DNA of 64,000 nt from contig CM052828.1 in the NCBI GenBank assembly GCA_028534125.1, positions 60,574,001-60,638,000 on the forward strand. Direction: 5' to 3'. The notes under the pieces are model-generated. The model was not told the DNA's origin. It ran no database searches and saw nothing but the letters and a program-made list of their open reading frames with translations. This DNA is from Lama glama. Its lineage: Eukaryota. Of this stretch, positions 60,941 through 64,000 are shown piece by piece (the stretch's first letter is position 1; the number at the start of each line of letters is the position of its first letter). Made by a program: the position numbers and the translations under genes.

Positions 60941-62464
60941 TGAATTCCTTCTCTTGATCAGAAGAGTCAAAGCCCTGATTTTTGGATGTTTATAAACAGG
61001 GATTTTTTTAAAGCTTTCTAAATATCAAACAGCACTCACAAAATCGGGCTATAAATGAAGTCCATGCGGTCTAGAGCTGGGTGTAATTTCATCTGACATA
61101 CACTTGGAATCTTTTTTTTTTTCAAGGATCAAACATTTGAGGCATCGCTGGGACGTGCCCGGCACTGAGGTGTTTGTGTAACGCTGCTCCCGGCATCCCT
61201 GCTCCTCTTCACGGCTCTGTCTTCTCTCCTGCATCTTGGAAAGCTCTTTCTAAGCAGAAGACTTTTAAATTTCTAAAGTTGAAGCTCCCTCTCTCTGTTG
61301 AAGAGAAGGCAGACACTGCTCTCAGCATTACAAATATTATCCATCCTGTTTTCAACCTCAAAAGCCACCAACCAACAAAAAGACGAAATAGCCCAGGGAG
61401 AAAGGAGCCCCAGGAGAACACACTTTTCCCCTTAAAATGTCGACAAGTCTTTCCTGACCCTCTTGCGGGAGCCATGAGGTAAGAGCACCCCCTTCTGAGA
61501 GGGGGACCCTCGCCCAGAGAGGCTCAGCCAGCTCCTCCATCACCGCCCCTCAGCACACACTTAACTTTCAGAAAGCGGCTCTAGAACAATCCAGGCACGT
61601 TTTCCTGACAAGAATCCACTCGACGGCACAATGCATTCGTATTTACTGAGTGTGTCTCTGCTTCACTGCACATCGCCGGTCAGCACGAGACGAGATTAGA
61701 CGTGAGTCACAGAAACTGGAGGATAAATTAATTACACTTCTGTGTGATTCCTCTTGGCTCTAAATTCCGGGAACGTTTCTAATTTATAACGGTTTCTCTA
61801 GCTATAATGTTCCAATTAGCAAATGTGGGAAAAAATAATTGTGCTGCAGCACGCTGGGTGCCTCTCTGTTTCCCTTGCTCTGTTTGTTTGGTTTTTTTTA
61901 CATTCTTTGAAGCTCATTCAGAAGAGTCCATTCCCCACATTCCAAACAAGAGGTATTTATTAAATAATTCCTATGCCGGTGTCTTACTGAGGCGATCTTC
62001 AGGGCAGGTGACCGGGAGATAAACCTTTAGCGCTGAAACGTGGTAACAGAGAATCTCGTTGCGCTCAAGGGGAGCACTGAGTTTCTGCCCAGAACATTCT
62101 GTGACCAGGGGCCAGAGGAAGGGGGGAGGGCTGCAGGGAGAGTAAACGGGGGAGGAAGGGCGGCTGGGAACGCCTAGCGAGGCTTCACAAACCACCTTGA
62201 ACTATTTTGCCCAGTAAAACTGATGCTTTGTCTAATGATTCAAAAACTGTTCACTGTATTTCCAAAGGTCTCTTTGGGTTAAATAAATACTCCAGGGCCT
62301 TGCGAACATGAACCAGCAGTTCCTTATTAACCAGGCCTTTAAAAGGTTTACAACTGCTGGGTTCAGGGCTGGTAATTTAGTAATAATAGTGCTATCTGGG
62401 TTTTAATTTCCGATTTTGGAAGCATCCGTTTGTATGCCCGGCTTTCCCGTTAGAACCCCTAGAA

Positions 62465-62698
62465 CAGCGCTGCTCAAACTAGGGGGGTACCAGTTTTCTT
62501 TTTACTTCCAGTCCATTGATGAGCCTACTTTGCAAAATTAAATGAAAGTAAATTTCTGGAGAAATAAAAAGCGAAAGCACAGACAAGTTGCAATGCCCCA
62601 TCGGAGGCAGCCTCCCGTGCCAGGCGGCCAAGACGGTTTCTAAGCTTTCTCTCAATGTCTGCCGTCAACGTGGCCTGACCGCCATCTGGGGACCCCTG
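62465..62698. mobile_element. Non-autonomous hAT-Charlie (MER-type) DNA transposon relic
   Basis: Ends cagcgctgctcaaact and tctggggacccctg resemble Charlie TIRs; left flank ccctagaa resembles the NTCTAGAN target; right-hand TSD is poor. Confidence 0.5.
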
Positions 62699-63249
62699 TC
62701 ATCTGAAACTGGACGTTGGGTCACGGTGCCTAGGCTGGGGTTCCCAAAGCCTGTGCTGCAGGGAACCCACAGGGCACCGCAGGATAGTTTGCACTTCCAA
62801 GGGCAGGGCCACGAGCCTCAGCTTCCGGAGTACCCCCAGCCCACCCCGGAGCAGCCGTCAGCCCAGCATCTCAGTTTTCAGCATCAGATTGTGCTCCCTT
62901 CCTTCCAGTAACATCGTGTTTGCAAAGCCTGCCGTCCGGCAGTTCTCGAGATACAGAGCACGTTTGGTGTGAAAATCCACGTCGATTAAAAAAATCCACA
63001 GGGAGGGGGCGTGGCAACGCCTGATGTGAAGCCGCATGTCCATCCATTGTTCGGCGCCCACTGGACACTCACATCCCATGGGTGAGGGGTTTCTGTGATT
63101 GGAAAACGAAATCAAAGGACAGATTTTTTTCCTTTCAGCTTCATAAATTCTTAGTGTTTGGCCCCAACTGCTTAATAAACAGACCTGTTCAGGATTCCTT
63201 TCCCCCGAGAGCACTGGGGAGAGATTATTAGAACACTCAAGTCACCGCC

Positions 63250-63332
63250 AAGGACTGGTCACTTCTTGCTCATTGTGTGTCCCGAGGGTCAGCGTTGTTA
63301 GGTGCTTGGCGAGTGAATGAATGCACGAACTA
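63250..63332 (+). mobile_element. L2 3' terminus
   Basis: cttgctcattgtgtgtccc...taggtgctt...gagtgaatgaatg. Confidence 0.55.
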
Positions 63333-64000
63333 ATGACCAGGCCCACCGATTCCCTCCACCATTTGAAGTTCCAGGGTTGTCAGTAACGGGCACCACCCCA
63401 TACTCTGCAGGCTGAAGTCTATGTTGAAATCCTGAAGATGCTATAAACGGTCCTCAGATAAATACCTCCCCCCTCGCATCTCTACATCTTACACGTCCAG
63501 CCGGAGACCTTCTCCCGTGACACCACCCGAGACGTTCAAACATTATTCTGCTCAAAGGGAATCGGGGTGAGGGCGAAGACTGGGGACAGAATGTGATGCC
63601 CCCAGTCCCTTCCAAAAGGTTCCCAAAAGATCTTCCAAACACTTCTTGGAAATCTTTATTTGTGGAGAGCCTTGTGTCTTCTGGCTGACACATCTGTGGA
63701 GGCGGTGGGTGCTAGGAGATGCGTGCTAAGTACAGGATGTAAAGCGTGTGCGTCTTTAAATAGTGAATTAAGACAGAAAGGTTTAAATCTCTTTGGATTC
63801 CTTTCTTCTCTGAATCATTCATTACTCCTGGTTGTTTTAACTAATGTTTTCCCCATTTGACACTTGGACCCACTCGACTTTTCAAAAGTCACAAATTGTC
63901 CCTAATAACAGCACAAATTATGTAGGCTGTTGACTGTAACAGCATTTTTTAGCACCTTATCTTTTGCGTGTTACAGTGCAATCATTTTCATTAACCATTC

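Noticed and set aside
1-64000. Hundreds of 60-250 aa ORFs in the six-frame track
   Set aside because: They overlap on both strands, are P/G/R/A-rich, often use non-ATG starts and show no recognisable domains, as expected in GC-rich DNA. Only the L1 ORF2 remnants have homology
1-64000. Naming the host locus, or inferring transcription direction from L1 orientation
   Set aside because: No exon or known element anchors the locus, and L1 orientation is mixed (older copies mostly minus, younger mostly plus)

Overview
GC-rich mammalian non-coding DNA (gene desert or very large intron) with one assembly gap (156 N, 12231-12386). It is most likely camelid: three short tRNA-Ala-derived SINEs match the camelid Vic-1 type, and I saw no Alu, B1/B2, Bov-A/tA, PRE-1 or Can-SINE. 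No host protein-coding gene, genuine tRNA, rRNA or CRISPR array is supportable. The only ORFs with recognisable homology are decayed LINE-1 ORF2 fragments (3682-5295, minus strand); the rest look like chance ORFs of GC-rich DNA. The window holds old L1/L2/MIR/MLT1/hAT relics, younger 5'-truncated L1 3' ends, microsatellites, several CpG-rich patches and several repeat-free AT-rich blocks that resemble developmental enhancers. I found no new biological system that the sequence alone can establish. The best leads are: (1) an ancient L1 locally rewritten A/T->G/C into a CpG island (about 84% vs 32% GC within one element), the footprint expected from GC-biased gene conversion; (2) a (TGAT)n tract plus a 32-bp tandem duplication forming a phased array of PBX-HOX and PBX-PREP/MEIS sites; (3) an L1 insertion with an apparent 20-nt 3' transduction inside an exact 11-bp TSD; (4) a SINE that lost its anticodon arm. 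Repeat family calls come from recalled consensus sequences compared by eye, so boundaries and subfamilies are approximate.
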